Shown piece by piece: positions 40,050-51,647 of a DNA stretch of 64,000 nt. A program made the translations under genes and the position numbers. The DNA comes from Bdellovibrionales bacterium. GTDB taxonomy: Bacteria; Bdellovibrionota; Bdellovibrionia; Bdellovibrionales; JAUICD01. The notes under the pieces are model-generated. The model was not told the origin of the DNA and did not search any database. It saw only the letters and a program-made list of their open reading frames with translations. Each line of letters begins with the position of its first letter. The stretch's first letter is position 1. The stretch spans positions 1,472,001-1,536,000 of the forward strand of contig OZ241865.1 of NCBI GenBank assembly GCA_965203275.1, given 5' to 3'.

Positions 40050-40264
40050 AGAGTTATCAAAAAGATCGCACTTTTATCAGGGCAGAACCTTAAAAGCAAA
40101 AAATACCAGAGGGTGTTTTTCTGGAGGGCAGGTATATGGCCACCAGAAAATAGCCAAAATAGCCCAAAGAGCTAAGAATAGCTAAAGTGTCCTAGAAAAA
40201 GTAGTTTTAAAGAGCAAACAAATGCCAAACTACTTTCAATGAGACAAAGAGCAAAAGGAGGTTG

Positions 40265-42541
40265 ATGTCTGATCATCAAAACGATCAAAAATTAACTTCT
40301 GCAAATCAAGTATTGGTGGAATCTCAAGGTTATCTCACCCAAGGAGTCTCTCAGTCGTTTTCTTACTCCATTACATCCATTAAAGACCTTTTAGCACGCT
40401 TAACAGGTGAATATTCACAAGAACATCTTCAGCTCATAAGGAAAGCATACGACTTTTCTAAAAAAGCCCACGAAGGGCAGTACAGGAAAAGTGGAGAGGC
40501 TTTTATCTTACATCCTTTGTCCGTATCTGCCATTTTAGCAGAACTTAATTTAGACCCTGCCAGTATAGCTACTGGTCTTTTACATGATACAGTTGAAGAT
40601 ACCTCTGTGACACTTCAAGATATCACACAGCATTTTGGCGAAGAAATTGCTCATTTAGTCGACGGCGTAACTAAAATTTCCAAGCTGACTTTTTATACCA
40701 ACACACATAGCAAACAAGGTGAAAATATCCGCAAGATGTTTGTTGCTATGGCAAAGGACATGCGTGTGGTTGTTGTTAAACTAGCTGATCGCCTTCATAA
40801 TATGAGAACACTTAACCACATGCCTTATGAAAAGCAATTAAATATATCTCAAGAAACCCTTGATATTTATGCTCCTTTATCTCATCGCTTGGGGATCAGT
40901 GCTTGGCAAGTAGAATTAGAAGACTTAAGTTTTAAATATCTCAAACCCAATAATTATCAAGATCTTTCTCAAAAATTTTCTGATACAAAAAAAGAGAAAA
41001 AACAATTTATTAAAGACACTACTCAGACTTTATTTCAAGAGATCAAAAAGCAAACCAAACTCACGCCTATTGTACAGGGTCGACATAAGCATCTTTACTC
41101 TATCTATCAAAAAATGAGCAGAAAAAACGTGGACTATGATGCCATTTATGATGTGTTTGGCTTTCGGGTGATCACAGATACAAAAACCCAATGCTATGAA
41201 ATACTTGGCATTATGCATAGCTTATATCATCCTATTCCGGGGCGGTTTAAAGATTATATTGCTATACCTAAGGCCAATCATTATCAAAGCTTACATACGA
41301 CTGTGATGAGTTCTCAAGGAGATAGAATTGAAATTCAAATACGTACAAAAAAAATGCATTTAATAGCAGAAAAAGGCATTGCAGCTCACTGGACATATAA
41401 GTCAGGTCAAAAAATAGCTTCTACGATAGGTACTTCAGAGCGATTTGAGTGGATGAAAAACCTTATGGATTGGAATAAAGAAACATACGACCCCAGTGAG
41501 TTTTTAGAAAACATCAAGTCTGATTTGTTGCAATCAGAAATTTATATTTTTACTCCCAAGGGAGATGTAAGGGCTTTAAGAAAGGGGGCTACAGCCCTTG
41601 ACTTTGCTTATCTTATTCACACAGAGATAGGTCATCACACAATAGGGGCTAAGATTGACGGCCAAATAGTGCCGATCAAACATCAGCTACAAAATGGAGA
41701 TACAGTGCAAATTATGACGGCCTCACATCAAAAGCCTTCTAAAGATTGGTTACAATACTGTATCACCACAAGTGCTAGATCTAAAATTCGCAACTTTATC
41801 CGCACAGAGGAGGGGAAAAAATCCATTGATTTAGGACATCAACTTTTAGAAAAAGAGTTTAAAAAACATGGCTTTAAATTAGACAAGTACATCAACACAG
41901 AACAGAGCAAAAAATACTTAGAAAGCATAGGTATAAAAACAAAAGAAAATTTATATTCTCAAATAGCTTATGGAAAACATACGCCTAATAAAATCTTTAT
42001 AAAACTTAACCCTGACTTTCAAAAAGAAACCAAAAAACCTGTCTTAAAAAGCCTATTAGATAAAGTTTACAATAAAGATAAAAAGAGAAAAGATCGTTCA
42101 TTGATCAAAGTAGATGGTATGACAGATATGCTTTTGCATTATGCTAAGTGCTGTCAACCTATTCCAGGGGATCCTATTGTAGGGTTTATTTCTAGAAATA
42201 GAGGCTTGGTGATTCATCAAAGGTCTTGTTCTAAGAACTTTGAAGTTGATCCTGAAAGGAAGGTCGACGTGGAGTGGATGGATGTTCCTCATGCTAAACA
42301 CATTACAAGGTTGCGTGTGGTCTGCCATGATTATCCAGGGCTACTGAAAATAGTTAGTGAGACATTTACCTTAAAGGGCATTAATATTGAAGAAGCTCAA
42401 GTGAAGACACAGAAGAATAAAAAGACAATATGTATCTTCACTGTTTCTGTCACGGATAAGTTTCAGTTACTTCAAGCTCTAAAAAGCCTTGAGAAAGTCA
42501 ATGGCGTTATCCACGCTGAACGTACCTTTTACGAAAGTTGA
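40265..42541 (+). CDS. spoT: Bifunctional (p)ppGpp synthetase/hydrolase (RelA/SpoT)
   Basis: LLHDTVED, KLADRLHNMRT, YQSLHT, EIQIRT, TGS and ACT domains; follows rpoZ. Confidence 0.95.
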   Translation: MSDHQNDQKLTSANQVLVESQGYLTQGVSQSFSYSITSIKDLLARLTGEYSQEHLQLIRKAYDFSKKAHEGQYRKSGEAFILHPLSVSAILAELNLDPASIATGLLHDTVEDTSVTLQDITQHFGEEIAHLVDGVTKISKLTFYTNTHSKQGENIRKMFVAMAKDMRVVVVKLADRLHNMRTLNHMPYEKQLNISQETLDIYAPLSHRLGISAWQVELEDLSFKYLKPNNYQDLSQKFSDTKKEKKQFIKDTTQTLFQEIKKQTKLTPIVQGRHKHLYSIYQKMSRKNVDYDAIYDVFGFRVITDTKTQCYEILGIMHSLYHPIPGRFKDYIAIPKANHYQSLHTTVMSSQGDRIEIQIRTKKMHLIAEKGIAAHWTYKSGQKIASTIGTSERFEWMKNLMDWNKETYDPSEFLENIKSDLLQSEIYIFTPKGDVRALRKGATALDFAYLIHTEIGHHTIGAKIDGQIVPIKHQLQNGDTVQIMTASHQKPSKDWLQYCITTSARSKIRNFIRTEEGKKSIDLGHQLLEKEFKKHGFKLDKYINTEQSKKYLESIGIKTKENLYSQIAYGKHTPNKIFIKLNPDFQKETKKPVLKSLLDKVYNKDKKRKDRSLIKVDGMTDMLLHYAKCCQPIPGDPIVGFISRNRGLVIHQRSCSKNFEVDPERKVDVEWMDVPHAKHITRLRVVCHDYPGLLKIVSETFTLKGINIEEAQVKTQKNKKTICIFTVSVTDKFQLLQALKSLEKVNGVIHAERTFYES

Positions 42542-42643
42542 CAGTTTTTAAATGGGTATTTAATTGTATTTGTGGGCTATAAAAGAAATAAGAGGTTTCA
42601 TTAGAAGGGCGATGTGTTTTACATGATGACATATCCAAAATGG

Positions 42644-43642
42644 TCATATTGGCTTGAAAGTTTCTGGAGGCATCAAAGTTTTATAAAAATAAATATTTCC
42701 AAAGATGCGTTCCTTGCCTGCTGGTCTTTGTGTGGGGTTGCATCCTGTTATTAAATTTTTACATTTCATCATATTATTGTTGTGAAAGTTTATTTCTATC
42801 ACATTTTCTAAGTCCTTTGCATTGATCGTTCGAATGTTCGCACCATAATCATAACGTTGCCCTTGGGGGTCATCAGCAAATAAAAAATAACGAAAGGTCA
42901 AAGTGATCTTAGCCGTTTTAGCCATATTGTGTGTATGGTTACAAGTGACATTTCCGCTATTATTATTTTCGCATACATCGCTAACATCCATACCTATAAT
43001 TTCTAATTCAAAATCTGAAAGTCCTGAAAAAACTATATCTGTACTGTCTGGTGCAAATAAATAACTGTGACCAGAGCGTTCCCCTACATCAATATAAAGC
43101 TTGCCTGGAACATCATTAGTTGTGTTGCCAGCAGAGCTACTTGGTCTTTGATAAAAAATAGCAGATACAAAAAGATCCACAGTATTATAGCTAAAGGAGT
43201 TTTCTCTAGGGAAAAGAGCAATTAAAGATGTTATTGGAGTATCAGAGCAAACATCTTGCGGTTTAGGCTTTTTATATTTACTAATAATAAACCCTTGATC
43301 TCTAAAGTTACCTAATAAAGCTTTAGTTAAATGACAATTCTTATTTGTTGAATTGCCAACCTCTTTTACCTCAGTGTTGACAGCTTGAGATAAATAGCTA
43401 CGGACATAGTAAGATGCCCATAGCAAATCCTCTTCTGCTTTGTGTTGTTGGACGAGAATATTAAACTGTTCTACAGAAAAAATCAATATAGAAGCAACAG
43501 CAACCGTTAAAAAGCCAGAAAGAGCTACTGCCACTAGTAATTCTACTAATGAAAAACCGCGATTTTGTTTCGTTTTGATACATTTTGAGATTTTGAAAGT
43601 ACCACTAAAAGATTTTTTTTTATAAATTTTATAAAATAGCAT
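42644..43642 (-). CDS. Minor pilin/pseudopilin (PilW-like)
   Basis: RG|FSLVELLVAVAL. Confidence 0.8.
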   Translation of the reverse strand: MLFYKIYKKKSFSGTFKISKCIKTKQNRGFSLVELLVAVALSGFLTVAVASILIFSVEQFNILVQQHKAEEDLLWASYYVRSYLSQAVNTEVKEVGNSTNKNCHLTKALLGNFRDQGFIISKYKKPKPQDVCSDTPITSLIALFPRENSFSYNTVDLFVSAIFYQRPSSSAGNTTNDVPGKLYIDVGERSGHSYLFAPDSTDIVFSGLSDFELEIIGMDVSDVCENNNSGNVTCNHTHNMAKTAKITLTFRYFLFADDPQGQRYDYGANIRTINAKDLENVIEINFHNNNMMKCKNLITGCNPTQRPAGKERIFGNIYFYKTLMPPETFKPI

Positions 43643-43890
43643 AATGTTTATTCCTTTATAATGGCTTGCTTGCATAAAAAACAAGGCTTTTATGCGAATC
43701 CAATAGTAAAGATGCAATCCAATCATAAACCCTTAGGTTTATTTTAAAAGATTTTTTATCATTGATCAAGTATGTATCATAAAAAGTGGCTTATTTTTGA
43801 ATAAGAAAGCTTATTTTTTTAGGGCTAGTTTTAAGATTTGTTGAAGACAACAACATTTTTTATTGAGGGACGGACGATTGTTAAATAATT

Positions 43891-45453
43891 TCAGCGAGCA
43901 AGCTTTCTTTTGTCAAGGTTGTATTTCTCAACTTTCATAATAAGACCTGCTCTGGAAATGCCAAGCTCCTTAGCTAATCTGGATTTATTCCAGCCAGTTC
44001 TCCTAAGTCCTTCTTTGATCATTTCTCTTTCCAGGTCATCAAGGGCATCTTTTAACTTGCCATTGAGTCTTGAGTTTTGAAGTTTATTGCTTTCTGAAGA
44101 GGCATTGACAATCCTCTCAGAGATCATTTGAGGTGTGATTTGTTCTTCTTCCCCGGATAGCACTACAATTCTTTCTATCTCATTTTGAAGCTCTCGAATA
44201 TTTCCCGGCCATGAATAATCATAAAACTTTTTAATTACATTTTTTGTAATTATTTTTTTCATTTCCATTTGCTCTGAGGCACGTCCTAAAAAATAATCAA
44301 TTAAAATAGGGATATCCTCTTTGCGTTCTCTTAAAGGAGGAACATGAAGATTAATCACATTCAACCTATAGTAAAGGTCTTCTCTAAACAAACCTTTTTC
44401 AACCATATCTCTCAAAGGCTTGTTAGTAGCTGCAATAATGCGTACATCTATTTTTTTAGGCTCTGTTCCTCCTACTGGCATAAATGTTCCTTCTTGTAAA
44501 ACTCTCAATAATTTGACCTGCATAGAAGGAGTGGTATCACCAATTTCGTCTAAGAAAAAGGTCCCTTTGTCAGCAGTTTCAAAAAGCCCTTTTTTATCTT
44601 TGATAGCTCCTGTAAAAGAACCCTTAACATGCCCAAACAGCTCTGATTCTAAAAGATTATCATTAAAAGAAGAACAATTCTGAATCACAAAGGCTTTGTC
44701 TTTTCTTGGAGAATTATAATGGATGGCTTTTGCGATAAGTTCTTTACCTGTACCATTTTCTCCTTGAACTAAAATAGTGCTTTCAGTAGATTTTATGCGA
44801 TCTAACATGGCATAGAGGTCTTGCATTGGTTGAGATTGACCAATCATATTATCGTATTTATGACGATGACCCAGCTCTTTTTTAAGGGCATTTATGCGAT
44901 CTTCCCTAGTGGTGATCTCTACATAAACAGTGATAATCTCTTTAGCTACAAGTTCTGTAAGGTCTGTGAAATGTTCCTTTTGGGCCTCATTTAATGATTT
45001 AATATGGCTCAAACACTCTTTGATAATTCGATCTTCTAAGTTGAGTTGTGAAAGCTTATTTTTAATTTCATCGAGCCTTTGCTCTGTGTTGGATTGATCT
45101 TTTAAAAAGCCTAAAGCAACAACTGTTCCTGCTAGATCATTGTTAATAATAATAGGTACAATCAGGGCATCATAACCTACAATCTCCCATTTACTGATCA
45201 CAAACCGATTTTTCATATCTTTAAGTCTTTCTAAAGCCTCATTGACCAAGGCAGTTAAGTCCTTTTGAAGATCTTCTCTTTGTAACAAGTGAGTAACAGC
45301 TGGATTAAATAAAGAAGGTTTATCTGTCCTAGATGATTTGATGATCCCTCTATCATCTGTGAAGATCAGATCAATCTCCCACCAAGACAGTAGAATTTCT
45401 TTTAGTTTTTTAATGACATGAATGTCTACAAAATTATCCCAATTAATTATCAT
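43891..45453 (-). CDS. Sigma54-dependent activator with PocR-like sensor domain
   Basis: GENGTGKE, ESELFGHVKGSFTGA, FLDEIG, Fis-type HTH. Confidence 0.93.
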   Translation of the reverse strand: MIINWDNFVDIHVIKKLKEILLSWWEIDLIFTDDRGIIKSSRTDKPSLFNPAVTHLLQREDLQKDLTALVNEALERLKDMKNRFVISKWEIVGYDALIVPIIINNDLAGTVVALGFLKDQSNTEQRLDEIKNKLSQLNLEDRIIKECLSHIKSLNEAQKEHFTDLTELVAKEIITVYVEITTREDRINALKKELGHRHKYDNMIGQSQPMQDLYAMLDRIKSTESTILVQGENGTGKELIAKAIHYNSPRKDKAFVIQNCSSFNDNLLESELFGHVKGSFTGAIKDKKGLFETADKGTFFLDEIGDTTPSMQVKLLRVLQEGTFMPVGGTEPKKIDVRIIAATNKPLRDMVEKGLFREDLYYRLNVINLHVPPLRERKEDIPILIDYFLGRASEQMEMKKIITKNVIKKFYDYSWPGNIRELQNEIERIVVLSGEEEQITPQMISERIVNASSESNKLQNSRLNGKLKDALDDLEREMIKEGLRRTGWNKSRLAKELGISRAGLIMKVEKYNLDKRKLAR

Positions 45454-45727
45454 GACGTACCTCTTGTTGTAACTAGATTGTGGTTTTAATATAAAATATT
45501 TCCTCTTATATTTTGTATCGTCAAAAGTTTAAACAACATTAACAGTTAATTTAAAAAAAAATATTTTATATACTTTAGGCGGTCTACAGGACTTCAAGTG
45601 AAAAAATATGTATAAATTTGATACACTAAATAATTCTTATAGACTATAACCTTGTTGTGTGAAATAGTATTTTCAACTAATTATGAAAATTATCATTATT
45701 GCACGATAGAACAAAGCGAGAACATAA

Positions 45728-47029
45728 TGAGAACTTATGTAATAGATATAAGAAAAAACATACAGAAATATCAAAACCAAAAGATAGAGCTTAAGGGATG
45801 GGTTTATCTTGTGAGGTCCTCTGGAAAGATTAAGTTTTTAATTCTTCGAGATGGAACAGGTTTTTGCCAGTGTACTTTCGTCAAGGCAAACCTAGATGCA
45901 AAAACATGGGATGCTTGCAGTCAATTAACCCAAGAGTCTACGATAAGGGTTTTTGGGGCAGTTAAGAGAGGACAAAAGGTCACCTGGAGGCTTTGAACTC
46001 ACAGCAGAACAATTAGAAATTTTGCATCAGACCTTTGATTATCCTATTGGTCCTAAAGAACATGGCATAGATTTTTTGATGAATCACCGTCACTTATGGT
46101 TAAGATCAAAAAAACAACATGCTATTTTAAGTATTCGCAATGAGTTGGTATCTAGTATCAAAGATTTTTTCAACAGCAGATACTTTACATTAGTTGATGC
46201 CCCTATTTTTACAGCTAATGCTTGTGAAGGAACTTCCACACTTTTTAAAACCTCTTATTTTGACCAGCAGGTTTATTTATCTCAAAGCGGGCAGCTTTAT
46301 ATGGAGGCTGCTGCGGCTGCTTTTGGAAAAGTGTATTGTTTTGGCCCTACCTTTCGTGCAGAAAAATCTAAAACCAGAAGACACCTTATAGAATTTTGGA
46401 TGGTCGAACCAGAAGTAGCTTTTAATGATCTTCAGGATAATATGGAGCTTGCAGAAGCTTTTGTGGAATATATCGTACAGAGAGTTCTTAAAAATAAACA
46501 AGAAGAGCTTGCTATTTTAGAAAGAAACTTATCTCTACTAGAAAAGGTCAAATCCCCTTTCCCTCGCATTGCTTATAAAGAAGCTGTTAGGTTAATTCAA
46601 AAAGAAAACCCTCAATTTACTGAAGGCAATGATTTTGGAGCTCCAGAGGAAACTTTCTTAGGGCAACAATTTGATTGCCCTATTTTTGTTTACAATTATC
46701 CTGCTACTATTAAGGCCTTTTATATGAAACGGGATCCGGATCATCCTGAAGATAGCAAAAGCTGTGATTTGATTGCCACAGAAGGATATGGTGAAATTAT
46801 TGGAGGAGGACAGAGAGAAGACAATCCAGAAGTTCTTTTGCAAAGGATGAAAGAACATCATTTGAACCCTAAGGAATTCCAATGGTATATTGATTTAAGA
46901 AAGTACGGAGCTTTTGTTTCTTCAGGGTTTGGATTAGGAATAGAAAGAACCCTCTCATGGATTTGTGGACTTTCACACGTCAGAGAGACTATTCCTTTTC
47001 CAAGACTTTATGGTCGCTATCACCCTTAA
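45728..47029 (+). CDS. asnS: Asparagine--tRNA ligase (one extra base at ~45951-45958)
   Basis: [20 protein letters not shown] fold; [29 protein letters not shown]. Confidence 0.93.
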
Positions 47030-47291
47030 TTTATTTTTAAAATATTTTAAAATTTAAAAATATTTATTTTAATGAATTTTATTTTTTTTATTTTATTTTT
47101 TTAATGGTATCAACAGCATCTTTTTTAGATTATTTATGAAGTAAAAATACCAATATTTTTTGAGATAATATTATCTCAAAAAGTGCCAAAAACGCCGTTA
47201 ATGAGAATATATTATCCCTTTATTTTTTGCAAAAAATCATTAAAAAAAAGTAAAAAATAATATATTATTTGTTTCATAAAAGGATATAAAC

Positions 47292-47609
47292 ATGGTGCGT
47301 TTTAATGAGATGTCGGATGCGAAAATTTTAAAAGAGTTAGGTCGTAGGTTAAAACAAAAACGTCTTAATCAAAACTTTTCTCAAGATGCTCTTGCAAAAA
47401 AATCCGGGCTTTCAAGGAGGAGTATTTATTTAGTGGAATCTGGGCATTCAGTAGGATTAAGTGTTATGATTCGTATTTTAAGAACACTGAGGAGTTTAGA
47501 CGGCTTAGATGCTTTTTTACCAGTAGAAGATGTCAGCCCTGTAGAGTTTATAAAATTAAAAGGTGTAGTACGTAAGCGTGCTTCAAAAAAAAGAGGAGTT
47601 AGTGTATGA
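47292..47609 (+). CDS. HipB-like XRE antitoxin
   Basis: SQDALAKKSGLSRRSIYLVESG; ATGA overlap with the HipA-like gene. Confidence 0.85.
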   Translation: MVRFNEMSDAKILKELGRRLKQKRLNQNFSQDALAKKSGLSRRSIYLVESGHSVGLSVMIRILRTLRSLDGLDAFLPVEDVSPVEFIKLKGVVRKRASKKRGVSV

Positions 47610-48886
47610 ATTCAGCAGCCCGAGTAAAAATTTGGGGGCAAGTTGTTGGAGCGATACGGTGGGATGAAAAGAAAAGAGCTTCTTATTTTCAATATGATTC
47701 TCAATTTTTAAATTCAGGGATAGAGCTTTCACCTATTTATATGCCATTGAGTAAAGGTAATGAAATTTATAACTTCAAACATCTTAATTTTGAAACTTAC
47801 AGAGGGCTTCCTGGATTGCTTGCTGATAGTCTTACTGATGCATTTGGAAATAAACTTATAGATATGTGGTTAGCTCAAGAAGGACGTTCGAGAGAAGATT
47901 TTAGTCCTATTGAAAGATTATGTTATATTGGGAACAGAGGTATGGGAGCTTTAGAATTTGAACCTATGATTGAAAGACCTCAAGTGGAATTCATTAAAAT
48001 GAGTCACTTAGTTCAACTCACCAATCAAATTCTTAAAGAAAAGGAATCTTTCAAAACAACCTTTAAGAAATCTAATAATCTTCAAGATATAATCAATGTA
48101 GGCACTTCTGCCGGTGGGATGCGTCCCAAAGCAGTCATTGCAATTCATAAAAAAACAAAAGAGATAAGATCTGGACAAATTGAACTACCAAAAGAATTTG
48201 AATATTGGTTGCTTAAGTTTGATGGGGTTTCTGGCAGTGGCTTTGAGACACCTAAAGGATATGGACGAATAGAATATGCTTATTATCTTATGGCACAAAA
48301 ACTTGGGATTGATATGTCAGACTGTAAAATCTATAAAGAAAATGGTCGATCTCATTTTATGACTAAAAGATTTGATAGACAGTTTGGATATAGACATCAC
48401 TTACAAACATTATGTGGCATGGACCACTGTGATTATAGAATGCCTGGATATTATTCTTATGAACAGCTCTTTCAAGTGATGAGAAAATTGCACTTTTCAT
48501 ATCAAGATGTTGAGCAGATGTTTAAACGTATGGCTTTTAATATCATTGCAAGAAACCAAGATGATCATACAAAAAATATAAGCTTTTTACTTAAGAAAGG
48601 AGAAGATTGGAGATTAGCTCCTGCTTATGATTTGACTTTTTCTTATAACCCAGGAGGTTTGTGGACCTCAAAACATCACATGATGATGAGCGGGAAAGAT
48701 GATCACTTTGTAGAAGATGATTTTAATAAAGTAGCTACTTCTTTAGGAATTAATAAATGGAGAAATATTATGAAGGAAGTAGTTCAGGTAGTAAAACATT
48801 GGCCAGATTTTGCTAAAAAGGCTGGGGTGTATGCAAGGCAAATCAAATCAGTTGCTTCTCATCATAGAACCAAACTTAAGTTTTAA
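47606..48886 (+). CDS. HipA-family kinase toxin
   Basis: SAGGMRPKA, WLLKFD, RFDR, NQDDHTKN, LAPAYD. Confidence 0.93.
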   Translation: MNSAARVKIWGQVVGAIRWDEKKRASYFQYDSQFLNSGIELSPIYMPLSKGNEIYNFKHLNFETYRGLPGLLADSLTDAFGNKLIDMWLAQEGRSREDFSPIERLCYIGNRGMGALEFEPMIERPQVEFIKMSHLVQLTNQILKEKESFKTTFKKSNNLQDIINVGTSAGGMRPKAVIAIHKKTKEIRSGQIELPKEFEYWLLKFDGVSGSGFETPKGYGRIEYAYYLMAQKLGIDMSDCKIYKENGRSHFMTKRFDRQFGYRHHLQTLCGMDHCDYRMPGYYSYEQLFQVMRKLHFSYQDVEQMFKRMAFNIIARNQDDHTKNISFLLKKGEDWRLAPAYDLTFSYNPGGLWTSKHHMMMSGKDDHFVEDDFNKVATSLGINKWRNIMKEVVQVVKHWPDFAKKAGVYARQIKSVASHHRTKLKF

Positions 48887-48950
48887 GTTTCAAAGATAAA
48901 TTTCATTAATGAATATTTCCAAATAATTATTGGAACTCAAAGAAAAATGT

Positions 48951-49610
48951 ATGAAAACAGCATGCAATCTACAAGCTTTACTTGATAAGATTCTGACTTA
49001 CTTTATAGGTGGCTCCTATAAACAAGATGTTTTGCTTGCTCAAAAAGATTTCTTTAATGAGATGATGCCTGTCAATGATCATGTCTATCAATTTGATACT
49101 AAGATGTCACAATTTTTAGACTGGTATCTTTTAGATTATCGTTTGCAAAAAACAGGATTTACGCCTTTAGAAGAAATTCTTGAAACAAAGTCTATTCAAG
49201 ATCAACTTCAAATAAATGATAAAGAAGTTCTTATACTTCAAAGCCTTTGCAGTCATTGTCACAGTTTATTCGAATTAACTCATCCCACTCGTCAAGAAGG
49301 ATTTTCTGTAAAAGATATCTTCAATCGAAAGAAACTCATAGCCGAAAACCATACTCTTACTTTTCATCTCAGAAAAGGTGAATGTTTTGAGGCAAGAATT
49401 GTATCTTTTGATCAAAGTTATCAGATGTTAGGTGGAATATGTGTTCATCCTTTAGAAGCTAGAAGCTTTATTTTAGATGAAGTGAAAAAAGTAAGAGGTG
49501 AATATGAACAGAAAGAACTAATGAAAAAGCTAACCAAAATGTGCTTTAAACATCATCAATTTCCTCACATTCCTATTAAACATGTTTACACATATACAAA
49601 AATAAATTAA
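48951..49610 (+). CDS. Hypothetical protein
   Basis: ~220-aa ORF; no recognised motif. Confidence 0.7.
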   Translation: MKTACNLQALLDKILTYFIGGSYKQDVLLAQKDFFNEMMPVNDHVYQFDTKMSQFLDWYLLDYRLQKTGFTPLEEILETKSIQDQLQINDKEVLILQSLCSHCHSLFELTHPTRQEGFSVKDIFNRKKLIAENHTLTFHLRKGECFEARIVSFDQSYQMLGGICVHPLEARSFILDEVKKVRGEYEQKELMKKLTKMCFKHHQFPHIPIKHVYTYTKIN

Positions 49611-49618
49611 GTCTATTT

Positions 49619-50521
49619 ATGTTGAGTCTTGCAATTTCAGGAGCTACTGTGTTTAAAGAGTCCGAATTTTCTAAAAGCAATAAAAAAGATTTTAAGCGTG
49701 AAGCTCTGCACACTTATACCTCTTTACAAAGTCAAAATGATCGCAGTATTTTTGTGCAGAAACATCACAGTGTTATTTTTTATCAAACCTTGCCTATTTT
49801 ATTAAAAAGAAAATCCTATTTAAGGGCTATACGCCTTCAAATTATTCCTTGTCAGACGATTATATGCTATGCAAACCAAAAGACTAGCATTTCTGATATT
49901 ATGAATTTTTTATCCGCTCACGATAAGTGGATACATAAGCAACTTAATAAATTACAGAATCTAGCAGATCAATATCCACATATCTACTGGAATAGCCATG
50001 CTCAAGTGCCTTTTTTAGGAGAGTTCAAACCTTTAAAGATTATAAATGGCAAGCCTAAACAAGTAAGGGTTCAAGAAGATCATATAGAGGTTCATTTACC
50101 TCATTTTAAAGTTTCTCAAACAGAATGGTCTGAGCTTTTTAAACAGCACTATAAAAAATTAGGCATTCGTGTACTTAAATGTAGGCTGGATAAATGGTCT
50201 GATCAGATGCAATTACATCCTCAAAAAGTGATTTTTAAAAAACAAAAATCACAATGGGGTAGCTGTTCTACAACAGGTAGCCTTTCTTTAAATTGGAAGC
50301 TTATTGTAGCTCCTCTTGCTGTGATAGATTATGTGATCATACATGAGTTATCTCATCTTAAATATCCCAATCATTCAGTTGCGTTTTGGGCTTTTGTAAA
50401 TACTTATTTTCAACGTACTCAGGAATGTCGTAGGTGGCTTAAACGCAATCAATATGCTTTTGATTTTTTAGAGGATAGACCAGAGTTGCACGCCTCTGAT
50501 ATTCAATTGCCTTTTTCATAG
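49619..50521 (+). CDS. YgjP/DUF45-like zinc metallohydrolase
   Basis: WGSCS..LNWKL..YVIIHELSHL..NHS..FW. Confidence 0.88.
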   Translation: MLSLAISGATVFKESEFSKSNKKDFKREALHTYTSLQSQNDRSIFVQKHHSVIFYQTLPILLKRKSYLRAIRLQIIPCQTIICYANQKTSISDIMNFLSAHDKWIHKQLNKLQNLADQYPHIYWNSHAQVPFLGEFKPLKIINGKPKQVRVQEDHIEVHLPHFKVSQTEWSELFKQHYKKLGIRVLKCRLDKWSDQMQLHPQKVIFKKQKSQWGSCSTTGSLSLNWKLIVAPLAVIDYVIIHELSHLKYPNHSVAFWAFVNTYFQRTQECRRWLKRNQYAFDFLEDRPELHASDIQLPFS

Positions 50522-50597
50522 CAATATTTAGATAAGAAAGTTATCAATGGTTTTTTAGTTGGGCAAACTAAAAGAGCAAAATTTTAAAATGCAAAGT

Positions 50598-50997
50598 TTA
50601 TTTCTTTTGATGTTCTTTAGCTAGAATTTCAAATAATCCGTCGAGCCTTTGATTAACTTTGTCGATCTTTTCTTCGAGTTTGTCTATTTTCTGGTCGATT
50701 TTTTCTTCAAGTTTGTCTATTTTCTGGTCAATCTTCGGATTAACTTTGTCGATCTTTTCTTCGAGTTTGCAATCTTCTGTTCAAATTTCTGATCAATGGC
50801 TCTGAGTTGAGTTGGGATATGATTATTTACTTGGTTCTCAATGTAAGTAAGCCTTTGATTTAGCCCCTCTATTTTTGTGTTTAATGCGTCAAATTTCGTG
50901 TTCAATGAATCAAACAGAATTTAAGTATGATCACCAGTGAAGCAATCACAATGAGAATGGTAGCGATAGAAGCCATATTTTCTAAAAACCATTCCAT
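50598..50997 (-). pseudogene. Frameshifted paralogue of the 479-865 TM/coiled-coil family
   Basis: AAGGAGG-ATG MEWFLEN..TM; NQVNNHIPTQL; KIDQKIDKLEE repeats; two frameshifts. Confidence 0.65.
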
Positions 50998-51176
50998 TGG
51001 TAACCTCCTTTTTACTGTATCATTAATAATCTAAGAAAGCAAATGAATTTTTCAAGCACTGCAAGCACTGTTTTTAGTGGGGTGGACGTAACTAATAATG
51101 GTTTTAATGTAGTCAAGCCTTAAAGGCCATATAAATAGGGCTAGAGATTTTATTTCAAAATAATCTTTTCAAAAGA

Positions 51177-51593
51177 CTAAAAAGTAATGACTTCTGGTTC
51201 ATATTCAATAGACTCTTGGTCAATAGAAACCTTCTTAATAGTCCAACTTTCTTGAGGGTTCTCTGATGCAGGATTCAATAAGGCCCATCCTTTCAGTTTT
51301 GAAGATGTCAATTGTTCTTCTGATGGATGTTGAAATTGGTATTCAAAAAAAACTTTTATTTCATCATCATTAATTAGTTCAGACCAGAGTGATAAAAACT
51401 GAATATTTGTTGCAGATGGTAAGTTTTCCTTAATATGATTGACAACAAACTCTTGCAGTCCTTTTTGAAGTCTAGCATGAAATTCCCATGAAACTTGATA
51501 AGACCTGCTGGTGGATCCTTGGTAAATATACCAAGAAGTACATAAAATGACAATCCATAAAATAATTGCTAGTAGCGGATTAAAATACTTCAT
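51177..51593 (-). CDS. Hypothetical membrane-anchored protein
   Basis: N-terminal TM; RBS GAGG. Confidence 0.7.
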   Translation of the reverse strand: MKYFNPLLAIILWIVILCTSWYIYQGSTSRSYQVSWEFHARLQKGLQEFVVNHIKENLPSATNIQFLSLWSELINDDEIKVFFEYQFQHPSEEQLTSSKLKGWALLNPASENPQESWTIKKVSIDQESIEYEPEVITF

Positions 51594-51647
51594 TCTAGTT
51601 CCTCTCTTTTATTCTACATGAAATCACTTTGAAAATCTTTAAATTTT

